Of a DNA stretch of 64,000 nt, positions 27,172 to 36,575 are shown piece by piece. The position numbers and the translations under genes were made by a program. This DNA comes from a virus. The DNA lies in IMG/VR virus record IMGVR_UViG_3300044510_000078; one strand, given 5' to 3'. Within the stretch, counting starts at the first letter, position 1. Every line of letters starts with the position of its first letter. A model generated the notes under the pieces. It searched no databases, had not been told where the DNA came from, and was given only the letters and a program-made list of their open reading frames with translations.

Positions 27172-30100
27172 TTTAATATCTAAAATAGTTGCCCCTCTTG
27201 CTGCAAGATAAAAGCCATCTTTTTCTTCAAACTCAGAGATTGGCATTTTTGATGTCATCAAAGTTCCTGAGTTGTAAATAGCGTCCCCCATTATACTATC
27301 GTAAAACTGATTTTGCCGTATGACTTTATATTTTTTTCTGTAATTTGGATTATTTGTTCCGTCTGCAAGTCTTTGTCCACGGTCTGAACTTGTCAACATA
27401 GTAGTATTTGGGAAAATCAATCCATCGTCTTCTGGAACAGATTCGTAAGAAATATGACCGTTCAACATTGCGAAATCACTTATTGCAGGGACAATGTATT
27501 TGTTGTAATTATCTGGAGAGTAATATCTCTCAAAAATCCAGTCTGGATTTTTAAAACCAGAGACGTTGCGCCTAGAAATCATTTTTGATGGAAATTCGAC
27601 TAAAGACCTATTAATAGGAGTCTCTATTAAGATTCCGCTTCTTTTCATTACTTCTGATGCATAATTTTTTGTATAAATTTCGCTCACTGGGTCGTTTGTG
27701 ATGTCCTCAAGAATACATCCCTCGCTATAAACAGACGCCTCTCCTTGCTCTAAATATTTAAATTCTCCATTTATAATACAATTTCCAGTTGATTCGCAAA
27801 GATGTTCCACGTCGAAAGGTAAAGCTACATAATCTGTAAAGATTAATGGAGAAATAGTTACGACTAATTTTGACTGCTCTCTCCATCCAGAAATGACCCC
27901 AGAACGGGTTGACCAAAACCCAGTAATGGTTGGCCAATCTACGTTACCATAGCAATCTTTAACGCCTAACCATCCATTTCCACTAGGAATATCAAATAAT
28001 TGACCGCGACGCTCTTTATTTAAAAACGTATAAGTATCCCCAAAAGCAAAATTAGAAATATCTAAATGGATTCCAGAAACAAACGTCCCCAAACCTATAT
28101 CGTTATTATCTTGTCTTCCTGTATTTGGGAAATATTTTAACGCTCTATAATGAATGTCAAGTCCACTAGACGTTATTGCAGGCAAAAAAACCCTGTCATC
28201 TTTCATTGGGTTTCGGAAAAGAACTCCACCAAGGCCAGTAGCTATTCCAAGATGCCCAGCTGCCAAACCTAACCACTGGTCGCCAACTATTCCAAATTGA
28301 TGCAGGCCACCTTGCTCTTCCGTATTTCCAGCTACGGACAAAAGATATAATGGGTCCGAGGCTGGAAGATAAACTGGATTTGCACAAACTACCTCCATAA
28401 TCGGGAAAGCTTTATAAGCGTATTCAGAATGAAAACTGCTATCACTTAAAGTCCAAGCTGGCCTTGTGTATAGGGCTTCTACATCAAATTGATATTCGGC
28501 ATATTTTGTGTATAGCCCAACCGGAGAAGTATTATTTTGCCTTTGGAGCGCGATAGCGGGGTTAGAACAATCCTTTCCAGTATAAAAAATGTTATCCCAG
28601 AAAGTCCTATAAGCTTGTGGGTCAGCAGACATATCCTCATCGTTTATGAAGCCCTGAATAAAACTTGGAGCGCTATTATAAATTAGAGGATTTCTACCGC
28701 TTGTAAAAGACGTGTCGTTAAGACCCATCCCAGCCAATAAATCTATTTCCGCATAGTTAGAATCTACTTTATTAGTTTTAGAAAAAGTGTTTTTCTTTTT
28801 AAAACCAATCGGGTCATAATTGAATTCTGTTTTACCAAGAAGCCCATCTGGATTATATTGCGCTCCAGAAAAAAACTCTTTCGTAGCATATTCTTCGATA
28901 GAAAGATTAAATTTGATTTTTTCAGCAAATCCTATTGACGGCACAAAAAATAAATCATGCCAACGTTGAGCGTTGGGATAAAGGAACTTTTTATGAGCCG
29001 TGGCGAACGGCCCCTTAAAATATCTGGGAAAGAAATTCTCAGTTCTTTGTTCTCCCAAAACTGGCCTCCATTCGCTTAATTCGTCAACCGGCTTGACGCA
29101 AAACTTATTTTGAGGATAAATAATTTTAGGAAACGAACTTGGAGTTATCCTATTGTCGAAATATTCATATGTGTATTTGGTTCTATCCCCATTATAGGCA
29201 TACATTATAGAAGTATTAGACTGAGTTCCGGCACCAGCCCCACTGTTACTTATATATCCTTTAATATATTTAACATTCTGTCGCCCGTCTCCAATTACAA
29301 AACTAGGACTATATTTTTTCCATAGAAAATAATTTCCAGACACAAACTCTCCGGTTATATTGTATAGATTTCCAGAATACTCATAACCAGCATTATTTCT
29401 TATATATCCAGTGAATAAACCGCCATCAATAGAATTACCCATTCCAAATGTCTTTTCGGTAATAAATTTGTCTTCATCCTCTTTTGGGGAAAAATTACTT
29501 TGAATTATAGCGTTAATCTTAGCTTTTGGCTGATGAGCTTCAACCGGGTCATAATAGTATGTGTCACTCCATCCACCCATAAAAAAATCAGACTCTTCTG
29601 CGTTTTGGAAGTATCCAAGAATAGGGTCGTATTCTATACGAGTCAACCCACACCCCATTTTCACAAAGGCCGGACGTTTATATGTTTCACTGCTAAAATT
29701 TTGATAAAAAATAAAACTTGGTAAATCACAGTATAAGCCTCTTTGGGGTCTGCCCGCTATATTTCCGTCTTCGCCAATCATATAACCGGAATGGACATTT
29801 AATCCAAGTTTAAAAATTCTTCCAGAATCTATATGAGGAGAATATTTGACATCTTTGTATTTCCCAGCCCAAAGTGGACGGCTCAATTCAAGTGGAATAT
29901 ATTTAAAACCAGTAACACCGGTATATGCTAATGCAAATCTTTCCTTTCCGTATTCATCGAAGCCGCTCTCTGCAAATCCCCATTTAACGCCCGTAAAACC
30001 CATATGATTCAATTCGTAAATTAGATTTCCTTCCGAATCATAACTAGAAGGCATATTATATTGCTCTCGCGCCAATGGATACTGATACTCGCCGAACATT

Positions 30101-31101
30101 GCGTCAACGGGGACGGACTTACCTATAAGTTGTCCAGAAAAATTTGTCAAATGATGAACGTTTGTATTAAACCGAACGGAAGGCTGGAGCTTTATTTTAT
30201 CTACATCATTTAAAGCAGACTTAACTGTTTCGGTCCAAATGCCAGATGAATATGGGCCATCACAAAACACTCGATTAAATATAACGCCGGTAGCTGGACA
30301 ATATGCGTTTTGTTCATCTATGCAAGGGGTGTTTGCTGGCCCAACAACTCTTTCTCCAGTTACTATTCCATAAGAGTCTTTTAATGGAATAACTATCTCC
30401 TCACAATAAGGAAGGGTTTCCCAAAAAACCGGGTCATAATTTAATTTTCCACTTAATTGATAATACTGAACCTCAGAATCTTTCATCAATTTTAGATTAA
30501 CAGGCGTAGAAAACAAATCCTCAACATCTAAGTATCCAAACCCAATTAAATCAACGTCTTGGTTTTTTTCAGATTGTGAAATTTCAAGAACCGTTTGTCC
30601 CCAATCCTTGTCGAAATAATATTTAAGTTCAGTATTTGAAAAATCGCCATACGGGACTCCACATCCTGCACCAGAATATGTCGCGCCTAAACATATATTT
30701 ATTATTTTGTTTAAATCTCCGGTGGAGATATTTGAAATCCTAGATGCAAAAAATAAACCAGCAGAAAGAGTGCTCAAAAAAGTTCTACACGGGTCAGTTG
30801 TATATCCAAAATGACCAGTGGCCAATTCTTTTTGGACATTATCGAAAAAGCTGCCGTTTGAAAATCCAATCGCAGAATTTAATCCCGTATTATTGTTGAT
30901 TCCATAGTCAAAAATTGCCTGCGCTATATCTGGCTCTTTTCCTATGCCAGAGCATACGACGTTACAAATCAACCACTCGTAAAATGGGTCAGTCAAGGAC
31001 GAATAACGAATCCTACGAACAGCGCTTGTAATAGCATGAGAAGCAAAAATCCTGAATAATGGATTTTGCTCTTCTCCCCAAAAATTACCCTCTGATGGCA
31101 T
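27157..31101 (-). CDS. large putative virion/tail-associated protein (1314 aa), Ser/Thr-Gly rich
   Basis: Long ORF, aromatic and Gly rich, co-oriented with the tail block; function not recognised. Confidence 0.7.
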   Translation of the reverse strand: MPSEGNFWGEEQNPLFRIFASHAITSAVRRIRYSSLTDPFYEWLICNVVCSGIGKEPDIAQAIFDYGINNNTGLNSAIGFSNGSFFDNVQKELATGHFGYTTDPCRTFLSTLSAGLFFASRISNISTGDLNKIINICLGATYSGAGCGVPYGDFSNTELKYYFDKDWGQTVLEISQSEKNQDVDLIGFGYLDVEDLFSTPVNLKLMKDSEVQYYQLSGKLNYDPVFWETLPYCEEIVIPLKDSYGIVTGERVVGPANTPCIDEQNAYCPATGVIFNRVFCDGPYSSGIWTETVKSALNDVDKIKLQPSVRFNTNVHHLTNFSGQLIGKSVPVDAMFGEYQYPLAREQYNMPSSYDSEGNLIYELNHMGFTGVKWGFAESGFDEYGKERFALAYTGVTGFKYIPLELSRPLWAGKYKDVKYSPHIDSGRIFKLGLNVHSGYMIGEDGNIAGRPQRGLYCDLPSFIFYQNFSSETYKRPAFVKMGCGLTRIEYDPILGYFQNAEESDFFMGGWSDTYYYDPVEAHQPKAKINAIIQSNFSPKEDEDKFITEKTFGMGNSIDGGLFTGYIRNNAGYEYSGNLYNITGEFVSGNYFLWKKYSPSFVIGDGRQNVKYIKGYISNSGAGAGTQSNTSIMYAYNGDRTKYTYEYFDNRITPSSFPKIIYPQNKFCVKPVDELSEWRPVLGEQRTENFFPRYFKGPFATAHKKFLYPNAQRWHDLFFVPSIGFAEKIKFNLSIEEYATKEFFSGAQYNPDGLLGKTEFNYDPIGFKKKNTFSKTNKVDSNYAEIDLLAGMGLNDTSFTSGRNPLIYNSAPSFIQGFINDEDMSADPQAYRTFWDNIFYTGKDCSNPAIALQRQNNTSPVGLYTKYAEYQFDVEALYTRPAWTLSDSSFHSEYAYKAFPIMEVVCANPVYLPASDPLYLLSVAGNTEEQGGLHQFGIVGDQWLGLAAGHLGIATGLGGVLFRNPMKDDRVFLPAITSSGLDIHYRALKYFPNTGRQDNNDIGLGTFVSGIHLDISNFAFGDTYTFLNKERRGQLFDIPSGNGWLGVKDCYGNVDWPTITGFWSTRSGVISGWREQSKLVVTISPLIFTDYVALPFDVEHLCESTGNCIINGEFKYLEQGEASVYSEGCILEDITNDPVSEIYTKNYASEVMKRSGILIETPINRSLVEFPSKMISRRNVSGFKNPDWIFERYYSPDNYNKYIVPAISDFAMLNGHISYESVPEDDGLIFPNTTMLTSSDRGQRLADGTNNPNYRKKYKVIRQNQFYDSIMGDAIYNSGTLMTSKMPISEFEEKDGFYLAARGATILDIKSGIF

Positions 31102-31121
31102 TTTTATTATAATCTAATAAA

Positions 31122-34100
31122 TCAAGAATTTGGTATCAAATTTCTTATATTTAAAAGTGTAGCTTGATAACCATTGTTTTGACCAATTAAAAATGATTCT
31201 TCTCCAATATGAATGGTTGGAGTAATAAAATTACAATGTTCTGCGCCGCCAGCCTTACAAGGGCTTATTGTCAAGTCTTGCGGGGTGCCAGAGGCGTTTT
31301 TACGTTCCTCCTCATATGGAGACATCCCCGGTCCACGTAAACGTTGCTGTGGGCTGGTTGAGGATGAAGGGGAGACGTTTCTATCGGTGTCTGAGGCGTT
31401 ATTCGTAATTCTTGTGATAGCTTTCATTGAAACGCCAGCTAATCCATCCTGTCCATTAGCGGTCATCATATCCAGTAATTTACCACCGGGGAAAAATCCA
31501 TGACTATAACGCATACTCAAACAAGGGTCAAAACAAACGCCGTCTTTTAGATTTCTTTGAGAGCAATAATACTCATCATAAATAAATAAATTAGATTGTG
31601 CTATTTTTAAATATTTGCATTTCGCTTCATTACTGCCATTTGAATAGTCGTTCGGGTCTTCGCTAGTCAAGTCGTAATCGTTACAATTAATTCTAATATC
31701 TCCATATCCATAGCCCTCCCCCGGCCCACCACGTTTGCCAAAATATTTACCTCTTAATACAGCGGGGTTTTCATTAGGAAAAGCTTTTTCCCGCCAAGTC
31801 TTCATCAATGCTATTAAGGCGTTGCGAGCTGAATTACCGTTGATGGGACTACTTAGGCTCAAATTTTTAGTTTTAAGGTAAAGACCGTAAGCGGCTGGCG
31901 AATCATACATTAAAGAATACTTGCTTCCATAACTCATTGAATACAAACCCTCCGTGACTCCGTTTCCATTTCTATCTCTATTATGTCTATTAACCTTCCA
32001 CTGATAAGCGTATGGCCCATACATCGGATGACGTTTAACGAAAGTGTCAGATGGTTGTCCAAGCCAAAAATACTGCATACCAGCATTACCAAACCTTAAA
32101 CCGGGAGCGACAAAGTTAAAATTAGGAACCCTTACTTTTCCTTTATCGTCACACAAAATGTAATATCTATCAAAAGCCTCTACAAAATATAATTGATTTC
32201 TTCCCAATGACGGAGTTGTATATCCACAATTTGTTCCCGCTAAGTCTGTAGGTTTCAATACTTTAGTTTTAACATGAAGGTATGCCTCTTGTTTTTCGGT
32301 CAAGTTATAAACGCTTGGGATAAAAATAAAATCTTTATTTTCATCTTGAAGGGTTGAAGCTTTACCAAATCTTTTTATTAGTCCTAAATTATTATGAAAT
32401 TGCCATTGACTTATACCAAGATACGGTTGTTCTCCCCTAGATAATATCGGAGGATAAAGTTCTCCAATATGATTCAATTTAGAATATAGAACCGCAGGAG
32501 GGTTTCTCATCCCAAAAACGGCGGGTTGCTCGACGAATTGATGTCTAATCTCTTTGCCTCCAAGAGTTGCATTTATTTTAACACCTTTTCCGCCAATTGG
32601 CATTGCGTAATTAGAACAAGTTGGTAAATGTTTATAACCATAGAGAAGAGCGCCCTTTTCGTCATCAAGGTCAATTTTAAATCTGACCAATGCTCCATAT
32701 TCTATTGGCCTTGCCATTTCTCCTCTTTGTCCCCGATTATCTATTGTTGTAGCTGGTGCATAAGAACGAGTTTGACCCCGTTTTCCAATTAATCCTTTTA
32801 TTTTTGTTCCTATTGCCGTTTCGCCCAATCTAATAAATCTTTTCTTTTCTATAGTTTCTTCTATTACGGCTCCAACATCAGTTTCATATCCGTCATAAGA
32901 AACGGAAACCGCATCGGAAACTGGGGTCGCAGCAACAGTTTTCTTATCTCCAGACTTGTCTTCTATCTCGAATTTAATATCCAATTGAGCCCCAGCATAT
33001 CCACCACCATTTTTAAAAGATACATCAAACAGTGTAAAATTTTCTGCCTTTATCTCAAATGGGTCACTGGCCCTTACCCCAAATCGTCCCGACGCCAAAC
33101 AGTAATAGTAGTAGTTAGAAGCGTCTGAGTTTTTGACGCCCTCTAAAAACAAATAACTGTCTCTGTTTACAGATTTTAACGAACTCCAAACTGGGGAACA
33201 TCCAGTTGGATGTATGAAAGAACATTCAGGTCCGTCGGTTCCCTCCAAACAACTCCAAACGCCAGTTGGGTCTGCCGCTTGAATATTTTGATGCCAATAG
33301 TTTCCACGTAAAACCTCGTTGATGTCTGCTTTCCTAACTCTATGCCAAGAGTATTTCATAGGATAGAGATAACGGCCCTTCGAGTCTGTAAGCTTCAATC
33401 TATCAGTCCAATATTTGACTTCTGGATACCTTTTGTTGATTTTGTCTTCTGGAATTGTGTGATAGTCAACCGCTAAAGCTCTAAAAGTTGGTGACTGGCC
33501 CAATTTACAATAAACGCTTTGTGGATTTTGAATAAAAATTGGAGTAAAACAAGAAAAATTATAATCCAATTTACCTATTTCACTGACTCCAACCCCTAAC
33601 CACCCACTTGTCCTATATTTTTGAGGTGGCGAAACTTGTGGATTTGGGTTTATTTCACCATCAATTACTGGATGATAACTTTTGTTAGGTAAAGTTCTTC
33701 CGCAAGCAGGATTGTTAAAAGCGCCGGGATAAAAATAATTAGAACCAACCGAAAGACCATTTACAATAGAAACAACATCTATTAAATTTTTGCCGGTATT
33801 AGCGAATGCCCCCTCAAAATAACGGCGCGGAATATCCGGTAAAATAGAATTCTTTCCCCAAGTCGCAAACCTTCTCCCCCAGCGCTCATGCTGTTCATAA
33901 TCTATCGCATTGTCAAAAGAATAATAAATATCATTCAATGGAAATAAATCAATAGGATAACCCTTTGAAAAATTTTCCAAATATCTAGTCCTTAATCGCT
34001 CTTCCCTACCAGATATACCGCTTTGATAATAGTCATATCTTGGAGAACCATCACTATTCGCAACAAAACTACCCCAACTAGATAAAAGCCAATTAAAATC

Positions 34101-35981
34101 AACTTTATTTTCTACACCAGTGAACAATTTATTAAGTCTATTTTCAAAAAGATTATAAGTTTTTGAATCATGTAAAATATCAGCTCCATATCCACGTTGC
34201 AAAATTATATTTAAATGCTCATGTCCCTGCTCCTGATAAGATGGTTTGATTACAATTGAAGGCTTGGCAGTTCTACTGATTAAATTTGGAATGTTCTTTA
34301 AACTATAAGAATACAAATTCAGTAAAGTAATAAAATCAGCAGCAAATTCTTTATTTGAGGCTAGCCTTTGATATTCTTGGCTGCCTGAAAAATAAGGGAA
34401 GTTCGCCCACAAATAAAACCCGCGATTGCCGACTGCATGATTATTAAAGTATTCTTCTGCTTTTGCCGTAAGAAGTAAATTGTTATAAACCGCGTCCGAA
34501 TACAAACCATTAGATTCATAAGGCGGGTCAAAATTTCTTTCTGAATCGTCTAGGCTTAAAGGTTGCGGCACTTCATAAACTGGCACGCCACTTTTTATTC
34601 CGCTTTTGTCAAAACTAATTTCTCTATTTAATTTTTTACAAGTATTAAAAAATCTAGTTCCAAAAAAACCAAATTTTTTAATTGCGCTATAATAAGGAAC
34701 TTCAAAATAATCACTTGGACAAGCCTTAATAGCGCCACCAAAAGAATAAGGAAGAAAATCAACAATATCCTGACACTGCCTATTGTCCCACCAATAATTT
34801 ACATCAGAAAGTCTAGCGTCAAATAGTTGAGTCCCTTTACTACTAGCCCTTGCAAAAGCCCTATTTGGGTCAGCCCCCTCTGGAAGACTTGCCGTAAGAA
34901 AACTATTATAAAATGGAAGCGTATCGGCATTTTCTTTAAAAACCCATTCCCAATAATCCCACGGGTCGTAATTAAACGTCACATCTGAATCGTGGAAATA
35001 CTGAACTAATTGTCCGTTGTTACCTATCCCAGCGCTAACCTTCGTTTCCATCGTAGAGGCGCGACACAGGTTGTTGTTTATTTTGCTATGGTTTCCTATA
35101 GAGCCTGAATTTGTGGTCCAACTGTATGATGTATAGTTTGAAATTGTTTCGTCATCTTCGTTTACATCTCCAGTAATTTTATAAGTTGAAGGGAGCCCTT
35201 GTCCATTGTAAATTTTTTCGAGTTTATATCTTGCGCCTAAATTTAATTCGTCAATATCGAGAGATGTAGGAACCGGATTGTTGTTATAGCAATTACCACC
35301 CAGCCCACCAGAGAAAGTTCCAGCAATAAATGTATAATTTAATTCTTCAAAATAAAATGGTTGCGTTAAAACAGGAGGGCATTCTTCGTAAGGTCCATGA
35401 ATCGGTAAAAGCTGGTCCCGAACCATTGTCGGGTCAATGACGTGATTAGTCACGTTTTTAGAAACAATACCAATAAGTTCATTGTATTCTTTAACGTTTA
35501 TTTTTGCACACCCGCCGTTTTCCAACTGTTCTGTGAAAGAGTAAGCATCGCCCAGCGCCTCGGCCATTGAAATCGTTTGTCCATGAGGAGGCTCGAAAAA
35601 ACCCATCGGATAAAAGCCTTGATAAAAATTGAATCTATGCTTTTTATCAACTTCTCGACCACGGCAAGTTTCAAATAAAAGAGAATTTCCAGAAACAATT
35701 AAAAATCCAGATATGTCACTACCAATTAAGTCGTTTGGATGGACTATATTTCCATAACCAGCAATAGCCCCACCAAAAAGATAATTGTTTGATAAAGAAT
35801 TATCTGGTTTAATAACAAAAGCGTCGAAATCTTTAGAAGACGTTTGCGGGTCAGATTTGTATATATTAAATTTTCTATTTAAAATACCAGTTTGACGAAA
35901 ACTTATTGACCCCAAAAATAGGTTAGAATTATAATTTTCACTATAATTCCTTACCACTCCACCTGTAATACGCAACTTCAT
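31122..35981 (-). CDS. large putative virion protein (1619 aa) with an Ig-like (I-set-like) domain
   Basis: Start reassigned to MKLRITGG (ATG 35981). PIFIQNPQSV..LGQSPTF...YSW...YYYCLASGRFGVRAS Ig pattern at about 33050-33545. Confidence 0.72.
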   Translation of the reverse strand: MKLRITGGVVRNYSENYNSNLFLGSISFRQTGILNRKFNIYKSDPQTSSKDFDAFVIKPDNSLSNNYLFGGAIAGYGNIVHPNDLIGSDISGFLIVSGNSLLFETCRGREVDKKHRFNFYQGFYPMGFFEPPHGQTISMAEALGDAYSFTEQLENGGCAKINVKEYNELIGIVSKNVTNHVIDPTMVRDQLLPIHGPYEECPPVLTQPFYFEELNYTFIAGTFSGGLGGNCYNNNPVPTSLDIDELNLGARYKLEKIYNGQGLPSTYKITGDVNEDDETISNYTSYSWTTNSGSIGNHSKINNNLCRASTMETKVSAGIGNNGQLVQYFHDSDVTFNYDPWDYWEWVFKENADTLPFYNSFLTASLPEGADPNRAFARASSKGTQLFDARLSDVNYWWDNRQCQDIVDFLPYSFGGAIKACPSDYFEVPYYSAIKKFGFFGTRFFNTCKKLNREISFDKSGIKSGVPVYEVPQPLSLDDSERNFDPPYESNGLYSDAVYNNLLLTAKAEEYFNNHAVGNRGFYLWANFPYFSGSQEYQRLASNKEFAADFITLLNLYSYSLKNIPNLISRTAKPSIVIKPSYQEQGHEHLNIILQRGYGADILHDSKTYNLFENRLNKLFTGVENKVDFNWLLSSWGSFVANSDGSPRYDYYQSGISGREERLRTRYLENFSKGYPIDLFPLNDIYYSFDNAIDYEQHERWGRRFATWGKNSILPDIPRRYFEGAFANTGKNLIDVVSIVNGLSVGSNYFYPGAFNNPACGRTLPNKSYHPVIDGEINPNPQVSPPQKYRTSGWLGVGVSEIGKLDYNFSCFTPIFIQNPQSVYCKLGQSPTFRALAVDYHTIPEDKINKRYPEVKYWTDRLKLTDSKGRYLYPMKYSWHRVRKADINEVLRGNYWHQNIQAADPTGVWSCLEGTDGPECSFIHPTGCSPVWSSLKSVNRDSYLFLEGVKNSDASNYYYYCLASGRFGVRASDPFEIKAENFTLFDVSFKNGGGYAGAQLDIKFEIEDKSGDKKTVAATPVSDAVSVSYDGYETDVGAVIEETIEKKRFIRLGETAIGTKIKGLIGKRGQTRSYAPATTIDNRGQRGEMARPIEYGALVRFKIDLDDEKGALLYGYKHLPTCSNYAMPIGGKGVKINATLGGKEIRHQFVEQPAVFGMRNPPAVLYSKLNHIGELYPPILSRGEQPYLGISQWQFHNNLGLIKRFGKASTLQDENKDFIFIPSVYNLTEKQEAYLHVKTKVLKPTDLAGTNCGYTTPSLGRNQLYFVEAFDRYYILCDDKGKVRVPNFNFVAPGLRFGNAGMQYFWLGQPSDTFVKRHPMYGPYAYQWKVNRHNRDRNGNGVTEGLYSMSYGSKYSLMYDSPAAYGLYLKTKNLSLSSPINGNSARNALIALMKTWREKAFPNENPAVLRGKYFGKRGGPGEGYGYGDIRINCNDYDLTSEDPNDYSNGSNEAKCKYLKIAQSNLFIYDEYYCSQRNLKDGVCFDPCLSMRYSHGFFPGGKLLDMMTANGQDGLAGVSMKAITRITNNASDTDRNVSPSSSTSPQQRLRGPGMSPYEEERKNASGTPQDLTISPCKAGGAEHCNFITPTIHIGEESFLIGQNNGYQATLLNIRNLIPNS

Positions 35982-35993
35982 GTGTTTTATGTC

Positions 35994-36022
35994 TTGACAA
36001 ACGCCTAAATCCTTCGTAATAT
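35994..36022 (+). promoter_or_regulatory. sigma70-type promoter for the plus-strand island
   Basis: TTGACA-17 bp-TAATAT; ATG at 36033. Confidence 0.7.
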
Positions 36023-36031
36023 ATATACACT
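36023..36031 (-). promoter_or_regulatory. AGTGTATAT, variant of the candidate late promoter, upstream of the 1619-aa gene
   Basis: One mismatch to AGTGTAAT; about 40 nt upstream of ATG 35981. Confidence 0.35.
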
Positions 36032-36032
36032 T

Positions 36033-36575
36033 ATGATACAACTTTATAAACCCAATTCTAGGGTAACAGGAGCAGCGTGCGGCATATGGTTTAGCACAAC
36101 CGAACAGGCGTTTTTCTTTCAAATTATCAAACAGGCTAGCTGGAATGAAAAAACAAAAACCGGTTCTTTTGCAGAAAATAGAACTAACCAAGATAAAAAA
36201 GTCGTAGTCAAATTCAGCGTATTTGAAATAGGAGGATTTCTTAATGCGATTGACAACAATACGCAACTAAGCAAATATCACAAAACCGCCAATCATAGCA
36301 CCCAAATTAGATTTGGCCCATACATGGATAAAGTTGACCCAAGTAAACAACTTGGATTTTCACTATCAGTCATTAAAGAAAAGAAAGAAGATTCAGTAAA
36401 TAAAATCTCATTCCTAATCGGAATTACGCCAGACGAAGCAAGGGTCATTAAAGAATATTTAACATTTGGAATAAATGCCATCCTTAATGCCCCAAGAGAA
36501 AAAGAGCCCGCAAAAGAACCCATCCAAGAACAGGAACAGCAAGAGGCTCCTAATTCTCCTGAACCAGCCTTCTAA
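36033..36575 (+). CDS. putative Whirly-fold single-stranded DNA-binding protein with acidic/Gln C-terminal tail ending in Phe
   Basis: LYK...GAAC, KVVVKFSVFEIGGFL, GFSLSV and GITPDEARVI parallel plant Whirly motifs YKGKAAL, FSLSVTEIG, FFNLSV and PITKAEF; tail EQEQQEAPNSPEPAF. Confidence 0.55.
   Translation: MIQLYKPNSRVTGAACGIWFSTTEQAFFFQIIKQASWNEKTKTGSFAENRTNQDKKVVVKFSVFEIGGFLNAIDNNTQLSKYHKTANHSTQIRFGPYMDKVDPSKQLGFSLSVIKEKKEDSVNKISFLIGITPDEARVIKEYLTFGINAILNAPREKEPAKEPIQEQEQQEAPNSPEPAF

Noticed and set aside
35982-36266. First 95 codons of the 1714-aa ORF
   Set aside because: They overlap antisense the well-formed 36033-36575 gene and its promoter; ATG 35981 gives a clean divergent layout.
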